A stretch of 64,000 nt of DNA from the human T2T-CHM13v2.0 reference genome, Homo sapiens, in the NCBI RefSeq assembly GCF_009914755.1, contig NC_060940.1; one strand, written 5' to 3'. Positions 25,110 through 38,104 of this stretch are shown here, piece by piece. Position 1 is the stretch's first letter. Every line of letters begins with the position of its first letter. Below the pieces are notes generated by a model, which worked only from the letters and a program-made list of their open reading frames with translations, did not search any database and was not told the DNA's origin. The position numbers and the translations under genes were made by a program.

Positions 25110-26080
25110 TTTCTCTGCCATTCACAGACCTCACTCTTGTCCCTTAGAGGTCTCACCCCTGCCTCTCCCGCCAGAACCCTCTCTGAAGTCTGGAGGACAG
25201 GGTTTGCAGAGATCTCTTTCTGGTGGGATTGTAGCACCTCCCACAGGTCAACTTCCAAACTCTACCCTGACTCTCTGCCTGCAACCAAGCCATATGCCCT
25301 CCGTGCCTTTGTTTCTCCATCTGTATACATGAAACACCCAAGCCCCAAGCCTGCTCACAGAGAAGGGAGAATGGCCTTAGATCTCCGAGAAGCCCCCAAG
25401 ACCAGCACCGCTGGTGTGGGACCTGGAAGAAATCCACTTCCTTTGCAAAGTGAGTAAAGCTTATTTAGGAAAGCACAAGGTTGGGGAGAGGGGGCCGCGG
25501 AGGCAACACACTACTGAAGAGAAGACCAAGAACTCTGCCAGGGGCTCAGAAGGCAGCAGAAATCTCTATCTGTAAGAGGCTCCTCCTGGCCCCCCATGGA
25601 ACCCGCAGGTTCCCCAGAGGCAGCTTCCTGTCCCCTGCAGGAGAACAGGAGGAAATGTTGTCCTAGATTACTGGGGATGGACCAAGTCAGGATAGAACTC
25701 AAAAACTAGCAGTGCAAAGCGAGTCCTTGAGAACCATCCCCTCCCCTCAGCCCCCCAGCTGCCTGCCTTTCAGCTGGGGGGTAAACAGAAGTGGGGACAT
25801 ATCTGGATTAAGAACCCAGAGCAGTAAATGTTCCCTTCCAGATTGTGCAGGGTGTTAGACCCTGGTTCAGTTGTCTCTCTCTTTATTAAAAATTCCACAC
25901 TTCCCTCCCATGCACCATCCCCTCTGGCCCCTCTGGAATCTCTTCCCTGCCTCCTCTCTCCTCTCCTTCCATCAGAAAGTTTGGTGGAAAGAGATGGCCA
26001 CACCCTTGCGGTAACACAGCCAGCTGCCTCCAAGCTGGGAAGCCCCCAGGCCTCTCTCAACAGAGGGAATGCTTACCTCT

Positions 26081-26530
26081 CTCACACAGACACACACACA
26101 CAAGTGCATACTGACACAAACAGAAAAACACAGGCATACAGAAGAGGGGTTCACTGTCACACCCAACATACACACAACACACAGACAGGAATATAGAGAC
26201 ATACACTCCAAGATAGACACAAAAACACAGATAAACCCACAGATCCAAATACAAAGCATTAAACACATAAGACCACAAACACACTCAAAGACAAACACAA
26301 AGCACAGAAAGAAGCATCCAATGTGTTAGCCCAAAAAAACACCCACAGGCACAAAGACATCTAAACCCATAAACAGAAGACTCGAAACAAACTCACGGGG
26401 ATGCAGATGGACAGGCGCAAATATAACACAAATTAGAGCACACACGGCCAACAGCAGCAAGAACAACATGATACACAGAGGCCACCACTCAGGCTCACAG
26501 ACATACCCTCAGGAGCTACGACAGGCACAC
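26081..26530. repeat. Degenerate (CA)-rich low-complexity tract (UG-rich on the ZNF423 strand)
   Basis: Direct reading. Confidence 0.85.
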
Positions 26531-27119
26531 ACAGGGCTGTCAACGCAGATGTCTTGGGAGAGCAAGAGGGCGGAAGGAGGCTGGTTCTTACAAAACTGGA
26601 CCTTGGTCAGTTGCTCCCAAAACACAGACAAGGCCCAGCCAGGCTCTTTCAGAACTCCTTGGCATCCTCTTTCTTGTTTTGGTCCTTAAATTCCTCTCCA
26701 CCCCACCACCTTGGCCATTTTCACCCTGAACACCCGGGTGACCCCAACAGCACGATCTGCGTCACAGCTAAAGGCGGGAGGGCAGGGAGTGCTGCTGAGG
26801 TGGGGGTGGGGGGGTCTCTCTTGTGTCCCCTCCTGTTGGTTTTCCTCCCCAATGAGGACAGTACAAAAGAGGGGCTCAAGAAGTTAGGGTTTCCCTGCCA
26901 CTCCCAGCTCCAGATGGAGCTCACATGTGGTAAACCCACACTGGGACATTGTCCCTCGACATACTTCAGTGGCTACAGACAGAGGCTGAAAATCAAGGTC
27001 AAATCTTTCCAGAAACCCCAGGGCTAAACTGCCCTCCAAACAGCCCCTGATCCTGCCTGAATTTAAATTCCCAGGAGCACTCACTAGCATCTTCCTGCCT
27101 TCCCAGCCACAGACCAGCT

Positions 27120-28340
27120 TAGCCTGACTGATTAATAGGGAGAGATCTGCAACTCATATTTAGCACTCAACTGGAGGGATTCACAGGTAAGAATTCTATT
27201 TTAAAAAATAAAGTGCCCACCAGTACCTGCATCCAATGATAGGCTAACAAAATTTTTCTGTGCAGTTAGTTCTGAAACAGTAAACTAAGAAATGAACTCA
27301 AAAACCAAACCCAGATTCACTAATCTTGAAACATCCACCAAAATAGCACCAAACTTTTAAACCATGCTCGCTTCCTGGAAAATAAAAATATCAATTGTCT
27401 TTTTAAACCTCTATAGTATTTTGTCAATATTTTTTTATTACAGCAGAGAATGTATAAATATTTTATTATAAACCAAAGGCCTAAAATAAACAGTTTAGTA
27501 AATAGTTATTACATTACAAGGAAAAACATCTGTGGAAACTGCTTTCCATGTAATTATTCTTGCTATTTTACATTAGCGCTCAACGTGAATTTCTTTGGCA
27601 CTAATGTTTCACTTGTTCTAAATCTTCCTCCTTGTTGCTATTATTAAAATCTTAAAAAGGTGCCAAATCTTAAATGAAGAAAAAAAAATGATTCACTAGA
27701 AATTATTCATATCACAGTGAGCCACTACTAAACCTGGCAGGGGTGCAGTATTTTCGGTGAAATTAACATAAAATATACAACTGCAAATTATCCAGGAAAT
27801 AGCTATGTTCTTTACGGCATGCTTTTACATTGGGAAAAAAAAATGTTCTTCTCCATCTCGCACAAAGCCGCAAACAGCTCCATTCCGGCAAGTTTTAAAG
27901 GGAAAGTAATAGATTTGTCAAAGGAGCACGGGCTTTGAAAACAGACTAACAAATAGCTCAGGGGTGGATCAGCCTTAGGTAATTACCAGAGACAACGTCA
28001 GCCCTGGACAGCCGGAGTAGATAGAGAAGGCAAGAAAAACAACAGCCCGCAGCTTCCTTCCCCCTCGATTCCAGAGAATGTATTTCCTCTCGAAGGCCTC
28101 AGCCCTTACTCCTAAACACAAGAAAAACTGTAACACCATGTAAAATGCAAATCTTGCTGTAAATATTTTATAAAATTGTTGCATACATCCCAAAAGCTAT
28201 AGGTCTTAATTGAGAGCAGGCGATTTTTCTAGTCAATATATGGAAATGGAAAATGCTAATTTGTGTTTTTCTACTTATGAAAAACCCTGGAGAACAGCAA
28301 GCCACAAATGCACTCACTTTAATATTATAAATATAATTTG
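27120..28340. promoter_or_regulatory. Candidate long AT-rich conserved non-coding element
   Basis: About 1.2 kb free of recognisable repeats and sharply AT-rich versus its flanks. TAAT, forkhead-like (ATAAACA, GTAAATA) and NFI half-site (TTGGCA/TGCCAA) motifs. Confidence 0.45.
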
Positions 28341-28937
28341 GCTCCCTCTCTACCATCCCCACAGCCCTGGCTTTTATCTCCCCGTGGCTGCAGGAGAGAG
28401 ACAGAGAATCGCTTTCACAGCATCAGCCCGGGAAGGTGGCCTTGCATGCTGTGCAGAGGAGGGGGATGTCAGGCACAGGGCTGTGTGCTTCCCCACTCCC
28501 ACCTCTTCACCCTCTAGGGATTGGCAGGCAGGGATGGAATATGGCAGGGCCACACGCCAGGAAGCACAGCCCAGCCATTCTGTTCCAGCAAGGGGCAGAA
28601 GCAAGAAGGATGCCTGGGGTTTCGGCCACGTGGCTCCTCTCTGCCCTGTTGGGTCGGCTTGGGCTTCGGGCTCCATCCAACCACCTAAGAGCTCTCTCTG
28701 GGCATCGAGAGATCTCTCTGAAGGTCAGCCCTGGAGCAGCTGTGATGAACAGGAGCAGCTGGCAAGATGGCTGGAGCACTCCAAGTTGGGAGTGTCTGTT
28801 TCCAAACCACAAAAAGAGTAACGCCACTGCCAATGTTCCCCAAGAGCCTGCTCCTCTGGCCAGGGGAAGATCAGCCCACAGCCCAGGCCTCACAATGCAC
28901 CTCCCAGTGGGAACCTGGGGGAGGAGGGTCTCCTACC

Positions 28938-29265
28938 TAGAGCTATCCTATCTACTCCAGTTGCCACTAGCCACATGTGACTACTGAGCAACTGAAATGG
29001 GGTGGGTCTACCCTGAGACGTGCTGTCAGTCCAAAATACACACCATATTGTTAAGGTTTAGTACGATAAAAGAATGTTAAAAAAGTCTCATTCATAATTT
29101 TTAAGTTGATTATATGGTACCATCATAATATTTTGGATATATTGGGTTAAACAAAAAGTATACTCTTTAATTTCACCGGTTTCCTTTTAATTTTTTTTTA
29201 AATGTGGCTAGTAGAAAATTTGAAATTGCACTTGTGGCTCGAATCCTATTTCCTTTGGACAGCCT
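28938..29265. mobile_element. MER33-like hAT-Charlie element
   Basis: gccactagccacatgtgactactgagca...aaatgtggctagtagaaaatttgaaattg...ttggacagc. Confidence 0.8.
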
Positions 29266-29819
29266 GCTGTAGAGGATGCTCCAGTCTGCCGTGTGCAAGC
29301 CTGCCTGGTGTCCATGCATGTCGGTGCCGTTCTCTTAGGTACCGTGTAAATGGGAGGCCCCCAACATTATGATTCTAGAGCTCTGCAGTTCTCAGAGTTT
29401 GGGATTCTGTGATTCCAACAATCTGCAAGTCTACAGCTCTAAGAGGGCACAATACTCAGAGATTATATTACTATTGGTTCTCTGCATTTAACACAGACTT
29501 TACAAATACCATTATGAAGAGGGCAGGACCACAGCCCTGGCCTTGTTCATTCCTCAGTCAAAAAGGGCTGGAATATTTGGTAATCACAGCTACCTTCCCC
29601 GCATCCTCTCCTAAACCCAAACATAGCTCAACCCTCCCTACGGCAGCCTCCTGGGTGACTCCCACCCTCCCTTACTCTCCCCTGCCCACAATGCAGAACA
29701 GGTCCTCATGGGGAGAGCTTGTCAATCACGCACAACCTCCTTCCCTGGGTAGTATCTGCTTCCTGGAAACTGTTCCTCAACTTCTCCTCACATGTGTGTA
29801 TTTGAAGAAAACAGCCAGA

Positions 29820-30080
29820 AAGAAGACAGGAGTGGTGAGAAGGACACATTTAGAGTTAGGTAGCCTGACTATACCTCCAGGCTGTGCAACTTTCTAGCTG
29901 TGAGAGCTTAGGTGTGTTACTGAACCTCTCCTTGCCTCCATTTCCTCATCTGTCACATGGGAACAATAACTCCTACTTTATAAAACTTTGAGGGAAAACT
30001 GCAATAATGCACGTAAGGTGCCTGGCCACAGCACACACTGCATAAACAGTGGCTCTTATTCCTTTTACCATCATTATCAT
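29820..30080 (+). mobile_element. MIR relic
   Basis: gcctccatttcctcatctgtcacatgggaacaataac core. Confidence 0.8.
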
Positions 30081-31049
30081 TTTTGTCATTCCAGAGCTGG
30101 CACTTGGAGCATCATTCCTGGGGGCAGAAGCAGTGAAGGGAAACAGGTGTCAGGCCAGAGTGAAAACCTGTGTAGAGGAGAAAGGGGGCTGCCTGGAGAT
30201 TTGTGGGCCCTCGCTGCTGACAGACCCCAGCTGGCTGGTGAGCACGCGCACTGGGGACAAAACTGGGTAGGGCATTCCACTGTACAGGAAACTGAGCAAG
30301 GGAGGCCATCACGCCAAAAGGCCCAGGCCTGGCCCTGCAATCCTGGCTGTGCAGAGACACCTGAAAGTCCAAGGTAAGAGCTGTCTGCTGAAGAAACTCA
30401 CTGCTTCACTTCCACATGCTTTTGGAAATATCCAGGGAAAAACTGAAGTGGTCGGGGGTGATGTTAGGACTGGATGCAGATGGTTTATAACTACTGCAGC
30501 ACTGTAAATGGTTGCTTCTAAAGGGTCTGAAAGTATTAGGCTGAACCACATGAAAATGTCATTTTGGTAGGTTCAAAACTGGATGCTCAACTTACTATCT
30601 TTAACACCTGAAAGTGGGGTGACTATTGGCTGGAATGAAAGGCTACATGGTTTCGAAGAAAGCCCCAGTTTCTGAACTGTGAGTTGGAGGCCACACTTCA
30701 CACCAGGCACCCCGGGCTCAGCAGAAATCCCTCCCTAACTGTACACATGTGTGTGCACACACATAGACACACACAGACATGCACACAACATGCTTGTCTG
30801 CCTTTGAAATCGCTTACAGGTTGGAAGTAAATTAAAAACCAAGAAAGAAGGGAGGGAAAAGACACAGACCCATCTAGGCTTGTGCAATGGCAAATTTCCA
30901 TGTTCCAAAGAAAAAGGCTAGGTTACTTGGCAGCCCTTAAAACTCAAGGGAAACCTACCCTGCACACTCACCCCACTGCAATCAGTATACAACAATCTGC
31001 GCCCAAGTGAAGCTCATTGATGTAAAAGGCTCCAGTCCCTCAGTGTTCC

Positions 31050-31210
31050 CTGGGACTGTGCTGAGCACTTGACCATAGATTCCTTAATCCCCTCATTTCA
31101 CAAATGTATAAACCAAGACTCAGAGAGGTTAAGGAACCTGCAGAAGGTCACACAGCAAGTGAGTGGCAGAGCCGGATCCCAAGACCCCAGAGCCAGGATT
31201 CATAGACAAC
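31050..31210 (-). mobile_element. MIR relic
   Basis: ctcagagaggttaaggaacctgcagaaggtcacacagcaagtgagtggcagagcc. Confidence 0.8.
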
Positions 31211-31229
31211 ATGGAACACAGATGGGCTT

Positions 31230-31690
31230 AGCAGCACTGTGAATAACAGCCCAAATCCAGGTACAACCCAAGCACCCAGCAACAGTAAAATGCACATTTT
31301 CCCATATTCACACAGTGCAACAAACACACAGCAATACAAAGGAACACACTGCTGATACACACACAACACGGATGGATCTCACCAACTAAATGTAGAGCCA
31401 AAGAAGCCAGACACAAGGACCACAGGATGCATGGGGCGATTCAACAGAAATGACACTCAGAAACAGGCAAAACTCATCCACCATGGAAGACGTCAGAACA
31501 GTGATTGCCTTTGGTAGGGGTACAGGGGTATCAGCTAGAAGGAAGCCTGAAGAAAATTACCGGTGAGGAGGAAGTGCTCAATTTGTTGATGTGGGTGCTG
31601 GTTACACAGGTGTACACACTTGTAAAACTGTATCACGCAATACCATAAGATCTGAGCCCTTCACTGTATGTAAGTTAAGCCTCAATTAAA
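31230..31690 (+). mobile_element. Old L1 (L1ME/L1MC-type) 3' end
   Basis: aaagaagccagacacaa, aaacaggcaaaact and gggtgctggttacacaggtgt...ttcactgtatgtaagtt. Confidence 0.75.
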
Positions 31691-31700
31691 AGGGGCAAGA

Positions 31701-32018
31701 GGCCGGGCGTGGTGGCTCACTCCTGTAATCCCAGCACTTTGGGAGGCTGAGGCACTTGAGGTCAGGAGTTTGAGACCAGCCTGGCCAACATGGTGAAACC
31801 CTGTCTCTACCAAAAATACAAAAATCAGCCAGACATGGTGGTGCATGCCTGTAATCCCAGCTACTCAGGAGGCTGAGGCAGAAGAGCGGCTTGAACCCAG
31901 GAGGTGGATCTCAGCTCAGTGCAGTGAGCTGAGATCGCGCCACAGCACTCCAGCCTGGGCGACAGAGCAAGACTCTGTCCCTAAAAAATAATAAATAAAA
32001 ATTAAAAAAATAAAATAA
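31701..32018 (+). mobile_element. AluS
   Basis: Alu dimer with A-rich tail. TSD taaaaggggcaaga / taaaagggggcaga. Confidence 0.95.
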
Positions 32019-32279
32019 AAGGGGGCAGATCCTCCCAAGTTATGGAGGCAGCAAGGACCCTCACTCGGGCAGCTCTCCCCACAGGATGCGATGAATTCGT
32101 GCAGCCCTGCAGGAAGACACCCCAAAGCCAAGCCAGCAGAAACAAGAGTCCCCTAACCAGCCTCACAATTCTAAACTCAGGGTCAGATAGACACAATTCT
32201 GGGCAACTTCTCGGTCTCAGTCTTCCATGGCAAAAAGTGACAGGAAGGGCCCCCACAGCAGGGGAGATGAGGCCCAGCA

Positions 32280-32660
32280 GGGAACCATGCGCCATGGCCT
32301 CCCCTCTCTCGTGGGGAGCAGGAAGGAGCCGGCCGACGTTTATTACCCGCCAGCGGCAAGATTGACTGCAGCCCTCCTCTGCCCACACTGTGCCATTAGC
32401 TCGTAATGGCCCCGAAGGCTCCCTCGGCCACAGACCCAGGCCGGAGTGAGTGCTCCGGCTCCGACACCAAAGATACTAATGACTACCACATTGCCGAAAT
32501 AAATCACCGTCGCTCAGGAGGGGCTCCGGCCCGGCCGGCGGCCTCCAAACTTCATTTCACGAATTTCCCCTTAACACTCAGCTGCCTTACTGAGGGGGTT
32601 CTCGGGTGGATGCATCATCGGAGAATTTCTCTGATATGATGTTTATAAAGAAGGAGAAAA
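32280..32660. promoter_or_regulatory. CpG-rich mini-island / candidate enhancer
   Basis: About 23 CpG in 360 bp (hand count), not repeat-derived, with inverted homeobox sites. Confidence 0.6.
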
Positions 32661-32859
32661 AAGAAAAAATGGGGACTATTAATCTCTGCAACTCCACAGG
32701 AGTCCACATTGGTGGGAATTTGGAGGTTGGAACAAAATCCTTGTCTGAGACTGGACAAGGCATTCAAGGATTCGGAAGGGCCCATGTGCTGACGACGGAC
32801 TAAAAGGGTCTCCTAGAGAACCCGGCTCCCTCTAGGTAGATGCTCCAAATTGGGGACAA

Positions 32860-33110
32860 TGTGGCATGGTGGTGAGGCACACAGGTTCCACAGCCATACC
32901 ACGCGGGTTCCCATCCTGGCTCTGACATCCGCTGGCTGTGTCACCTTGGGCAGGTCACTTCACCTCTGTATTCCTCAATTTCCCCATCTACAAATGGAGA
33001 GAATAGGGGTATCCCTTTGGGGCTGATGGGAGAATTAAGTGTTTAGAACAGGGCCTGGCATATAAGTGCTATACACTCATTTGGGATCAATATTACTGTT
33101 GTTATTATCG
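32860..33110 (+). mobile_element. MIR relic
   Basis: gctgtgtcaccttgggcaggtcacttcacctctgtattcctcaatttccccatcta. Confidence 0.85.
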
Positions 33111-34379
33111 TGTTAAAACTCTGAAACTTCCCACAGGAACGGAACCTGGTTAACATTGTGAAATGCTCCTTACTCCAATTCAGCCCTGGTATTGTTGAAG
33201 TGTGGATCCCAGAAGGGGAGTGACTTGTTCAAGGTCACAAGGCACATGGTGGGGACAGGCTGGAGTCCAGGCTGTGGCTCGTTCACATAAAAGGCAGCCC
33301 TCTCTGTAAACATGCAACGTCAATGACACAGGGGTCTGCGCTGCACAGCAAGTGAGCCAGGGAGAGCTGCAAGCTTCTCTCTGGGCTCAGTCAGCCTGTG
33401 GTCCCCCCTTGGCTTTGGGACCTGCAGGCGGTGCTCAGGAACACAGCCGCAGCTGGAGAGCATCCTCCCTGCCTGTCTTCCTAGAGGAAGCAGGAGCCAG
33501 GGCGGAGGAAACAGATGGGCAGCCTCAGGCAGGGGCTTGTTCCTCAAGACCCTGAGTCCTCCTCTTCTCCCTCCTTGACACACAACCTTCATGTCTCTAG
33601 GTGATCTGGAGTCTTTCCTATAAACCTCAGCTTTGGCTGTGGAGACTTGTTCCAGCTCTGACTTAACTCTGGTCCCAGCACTGGGTCTTGCATACAGTTG
33701 GTGCTCAATTATTGTTTGGGTGTCATTACATCTCTGAGCCATAAAGCTATGCCAGCCTAGGCTCCCCGGCTTCCTGTCCTGGACCAGAGATGCTCTGTTC
33801 TGAATCTGACTCCCTGGAAGCCCCGAAATAACAGAGAGGGGCTAGAGTCCAGTTCATCACTGCCTCCGCCAGGAAGGCCTCCTGACTTCTTCAGCACTCC
33901 CTGATGGCTGTTCTGACAACCAGTCCTCCCCAAGCTGCTCATGGCCTAATTGCCCACACCCTCAGTTTTGCTGCCAGCCCCTGGAAGGCAGGGTGTGAGG
34001 AGGCCCTCCTCATCTTTTCTGCACTCGAAGAGTTTCACCGTAGAAGATGTCCACAGCCTTGACAGCCCAGGCTGAGGGTGGGGGTGAAGGTCAGGAGGGG
34101 CTGCACAGAACCAGGTCAGCTGGCAGGTCATGAAGGTGTCCATAGACCAGGGCACACTCAGCGAGTTTCGGGTGGGGGGCAGTTTCAGCAGATTCCTCCA
34201 GGTAGCCTAATGTGGGAGCAGAAGTGTAAAACCCGGCAGCCCCATCCAAGTGCCTTCTGCCCAGGAAAACAAGTGCCTGGGCTCCAGCCGCAGGCCCAGG
34301 GCACAGGCTGGGTATGGACCAAATTCCTTCTCAGCAGCCATGCGTTTCCAGCATGCAGGAATTGCTCCTGCCGATTCAA

Positions 34380-34745
34380 AACCAGGTCAGAGAAAACCGG
34401 CTCTTGTTTCCGGCAGGGGTGAGTGTTCCTCCCAGGGAAGGGCTCCGCAAAAGTCTCCAAACCGAGCACAAGAGACAAGTGGGAACCAAGCCTCATTCCC
34501 TCGGTGGCCCCGCGGCTGCCAAAATTACTGACAAACTGACCTACAAAGAGAGTTTCTATTTTGTGAGCAAACCCCAAAGGTTAACAGCGGAGCTGCCGGC
34601 GGGCGATCAGCACCGAGGAGCGGAAGCTTCCCCAGCAGCGCCCGCGTGGAGCCCTGGCACCTCGGTTTCGCAGAGAAACGTGTCCCTGAAATGCCAAGGA
34701 GAAAGGGAGGATGGGAGGAGGAGGTTCCGAAACACTGGTGCGAGA
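34380..34745. promoter_or_regulatory. Second CpG-rich patch
   Basis: About 21 CpG in 365 bp (hand count), outside recognisable repeats. Confidence 0.45.
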
Positions 34746-34848
34746 AAAGGGTCTGGATGGGAGGATACCAGCCCATCACCAAGCAGCCTCTCTGTCCCAA
34801 AGTTCTGGATCACTGTCACTATCTGGGGCCTGCTGCAGTGATCTCTGG

Positions 34849-34932
34849 CAGGGCCGCCAGGGACCACAATGTAAATGGTGTCCCCTAGAGTTGTGCAGTA
34901 GACAACCTGCACAACCATATCCTGCAGGCCTG
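34849..34932. mobile_element. MER91-like hAT-Tip100 MITE
   Basis: cagggccgcc...aaatggtgtcccctagagttgtgcagtagacaacctgcacaacc...ggcctg. Confidence 0.7.
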
Positions 34933-34975
34933 TGTCCTGTGGGGTTCCTGTCACTCAAAGAATCTTGCCTCCACA

Positions 34976-35451
<476 letters not shown>

Positions 35452-37249
35452 TCCTCCATGTCTGAGAGCACCAGAGCCATGCCTGAATAATTTATACCAA
35501 AAGTAAGAAAATAGCCTCCCTCCTTCCTCATCCTCCAAGCAGTCCCCTTGTGGCTTGCCAGGAGCAGGGGTAGGGCTTGGAGAGCCCTGGGGACAGGCAA
35601 GGGCACAAGGATGCCAGAAATCTCCAAAGCCAAGCCCTGATACAGGGAGAAGCTTTTGATAGCAGGAACCCATTTGAGACGAAAGGCCCTTGGGTGTTCT
35701 CGTACGATACCGGTGTCTGAGCTGCAAGAACAGCCCCTGGTTGTGGCAGTGGATGAGCAACAGAAAGCAGGCCAGATAATATGCACAAGCAGGCGGCAAA
35801 CAGGGTCACCATCAGCACCCCGCTGGCGGGCACCCGGGCCCCTCACCACTGTCTCTCAACCCAGGCCTCTCAAAGCACCCACGGCCACTGACATTTCATC
35901 ACATCTGACCAGCCACCTGTGAGAGAGTGCCCTCACCATTGGGGTCACAGAGGGCTGAAGACTGGCCACAGCCACCCTCCAGGACAGGCCTGACCCACAC
36001 CTCCCCTAGCCCTGGTAGTGGCACAGTGGTCCAGGACAGAGCTTTCCAGTGAAAACTTCAAAGGACAGAACAGAGCAAGGCGTCACCCAACCCCATCTAG
36101 TTGGCCCACGGGCACCTGCCTTGAACACGCTGCCACACTGCAGTTTGAGAACCAGTGATCTAGTGGCCTCGTTTCTAGTCTCCATCAATATTAAATAGTT
36201 GCATCACCTCAGCAGGGTTCCTAAACCTCACTCTATTTCTGTATCCATAAAAGGGGCATCCTGGGTTTGTGCAAGAGCTCAGCTTTTTTGAGGGATGCAC
36301 AATCACGGTCAGTGCAATCCCTGCTCCCTCTGCCCCTGTCCCAACTTCCAGTCTGGCCATCTGGTCATGCAACCTGAGATCCTTCTCCCATCCTCAAGGC
36401 TCAGAATTTTGCATTGCTCTGCCCCTGTGTCTGACCACCAAACACCAAGAAGCCTGCTGCATCCACCCCATTCCTGGGCTGCCACGACCACTGTCCCTAC
36501 TGGTGTGATGAAAGCCGGACACTGTCCCCTCCAGAACCCAGACTGTCCACATCACCAGATCCTGGGAGGGCAGAATCAGAATGCAAAGGAACAGTTGAAA
36601 GAAAAATAAATCACACCCCAGAGGAAAGGGGGAAATGTATTACCACTTTCAACTTTTGCCTCGGATGCTGCCTGGCTTAATGTATTGGCTTCCATGCCCA
36701 TAACAGCCCACTCTTCTCCTCTTGCCAAGGGTATTGAGGGTTCTAGAAATAGTCCTGGCCCTGGGTCTGGGCCACTGGGTCCCAAAGTCCCAGCTCCCAG
36801 GTTCCCACCGAGCTCCAGGTCTCACCACCAGCAGATGTAGTATCGACCAGAATTTCCCAGACTTCCCTGGAGATACAAATCCTGGGGGTGGAGGATGCTT
36901 GTTGGCTACCCAGATTTCCAGGCCTCCTCACACCCAAGTTCCATCTCTTCTCTCGTTCATTAAATACTTATTGAATGAGATGGAACTTGGGCGGGTTTGC
37001 ATCCATCCCAGCCTCTGGCCAGCTGTGCAACCTCGGGAAAGTGTCTGTCCCTCTCAAAGCCTCAGCTTCCTGAAAAGTAAAATGGACCACTTAGTCGTGA
37101 AGCTTCCAGCTTTTTCTTGGCTTCAACAGAGCAGCAAGCCCCTTCTAGACACTGCTCCAAACAAAGAGAGAACTCCAACTCAGCCTTCTAAAAGAGAACC
37201 AAGCCCATCCCACCTCCTTCCATTCCCCAGAACAGACCCTCAGGCCCCC

Positions 37250-37860
37250 TTCTGAGCGACAGCAGACACTCCCTCGGGAGAATTAAAATACTATTTTTCA
37301 ATAAATGAAGCCCCGGCCCTGCACCAGCCCTGGAAGACTGTGAGCTGGGCGAGGTGGCTTCCTGCATGTGCCTCACTTATTAAGACATTGCCACTCTGAA
37401 GAGTGGAGTCATTCCCAAGGCCCCCGTTGTCACTGGCAGGCAGCGGTTGACTGACAAGTGTCAGTTGCAGCTTGCTGAGCAGCAGAGGCCAATAGACTGT
37501 GAAACAAGGAGCAGATGTGCTAATGACAAAACTTTCCAAACTGAAAACACAAGGAGCAGATTCCCAGGAAAGGTGTTTCTCCAACCTCTACCTGGTGATG
37601 GGACGAATGAGAAAAACACTAGCCAAACACAGAGCTCAAAGTCATCAAGACTTCGTAATGAGAATGCAACAGGGGCTGAGCAGAAAGAGGGAAGGGCCGC
37701 TGTCACAGCCGCGTGCACCTGCAGCCAGCGCCATTGTCATAGCAGCTCTGAGGATGTAACAAGAAGCAAGCAACTGTCATCAAACTGTAAACAGAGTGAA
37801 AGCTGCAGAAGGACATGTAGGAGTCACTTTCCTATGGGAAAGTCCCATCCTTTGGAGTTA
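37250..37860. promoter_or_regulatory. Candidate enhancer (EBF, TALE dimer and E-box motifs)
   Basis: TCCCTCGGGA (37270), ACTGACA-AG-TGTCAGT palindrome (37450-37465), CAGATG and a 13-bp direct repeat. Confidence 0.4.
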
Positions 37861-38104
37861 GAGCAAAATAAAGTCCTCTCTTAGACGCTCTCCTGTGCAG
37901 TAAGAAGAAACATCTGTAATGCCCACCGACAGCACAGGCACAGAAGGGGCCTGGCATGAGGGTATGTGACTGGGAAGACACACGCTGGACCTAGAGAAGC
38001 CAGCTTAAGAGCGAGGAAATGGTGTCATGCCAAGCCCATGGTTAGAATTCAGTAACACTTGCTGAGGAGTGGAGGGACAGAAAGAGTAGAAAATAGGGTA
38101 ACCA

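Noticed and set aside
26731-26740. CACCCGGGTG as a ZNF423 autoregulatory palindrome
   Set aside because: It lacks the 2-bp spacer and outer G/C. I saw no perfect GCACCCnnGGGTGC by eye; the best are two-mismatch sites near 15590 and 57253.
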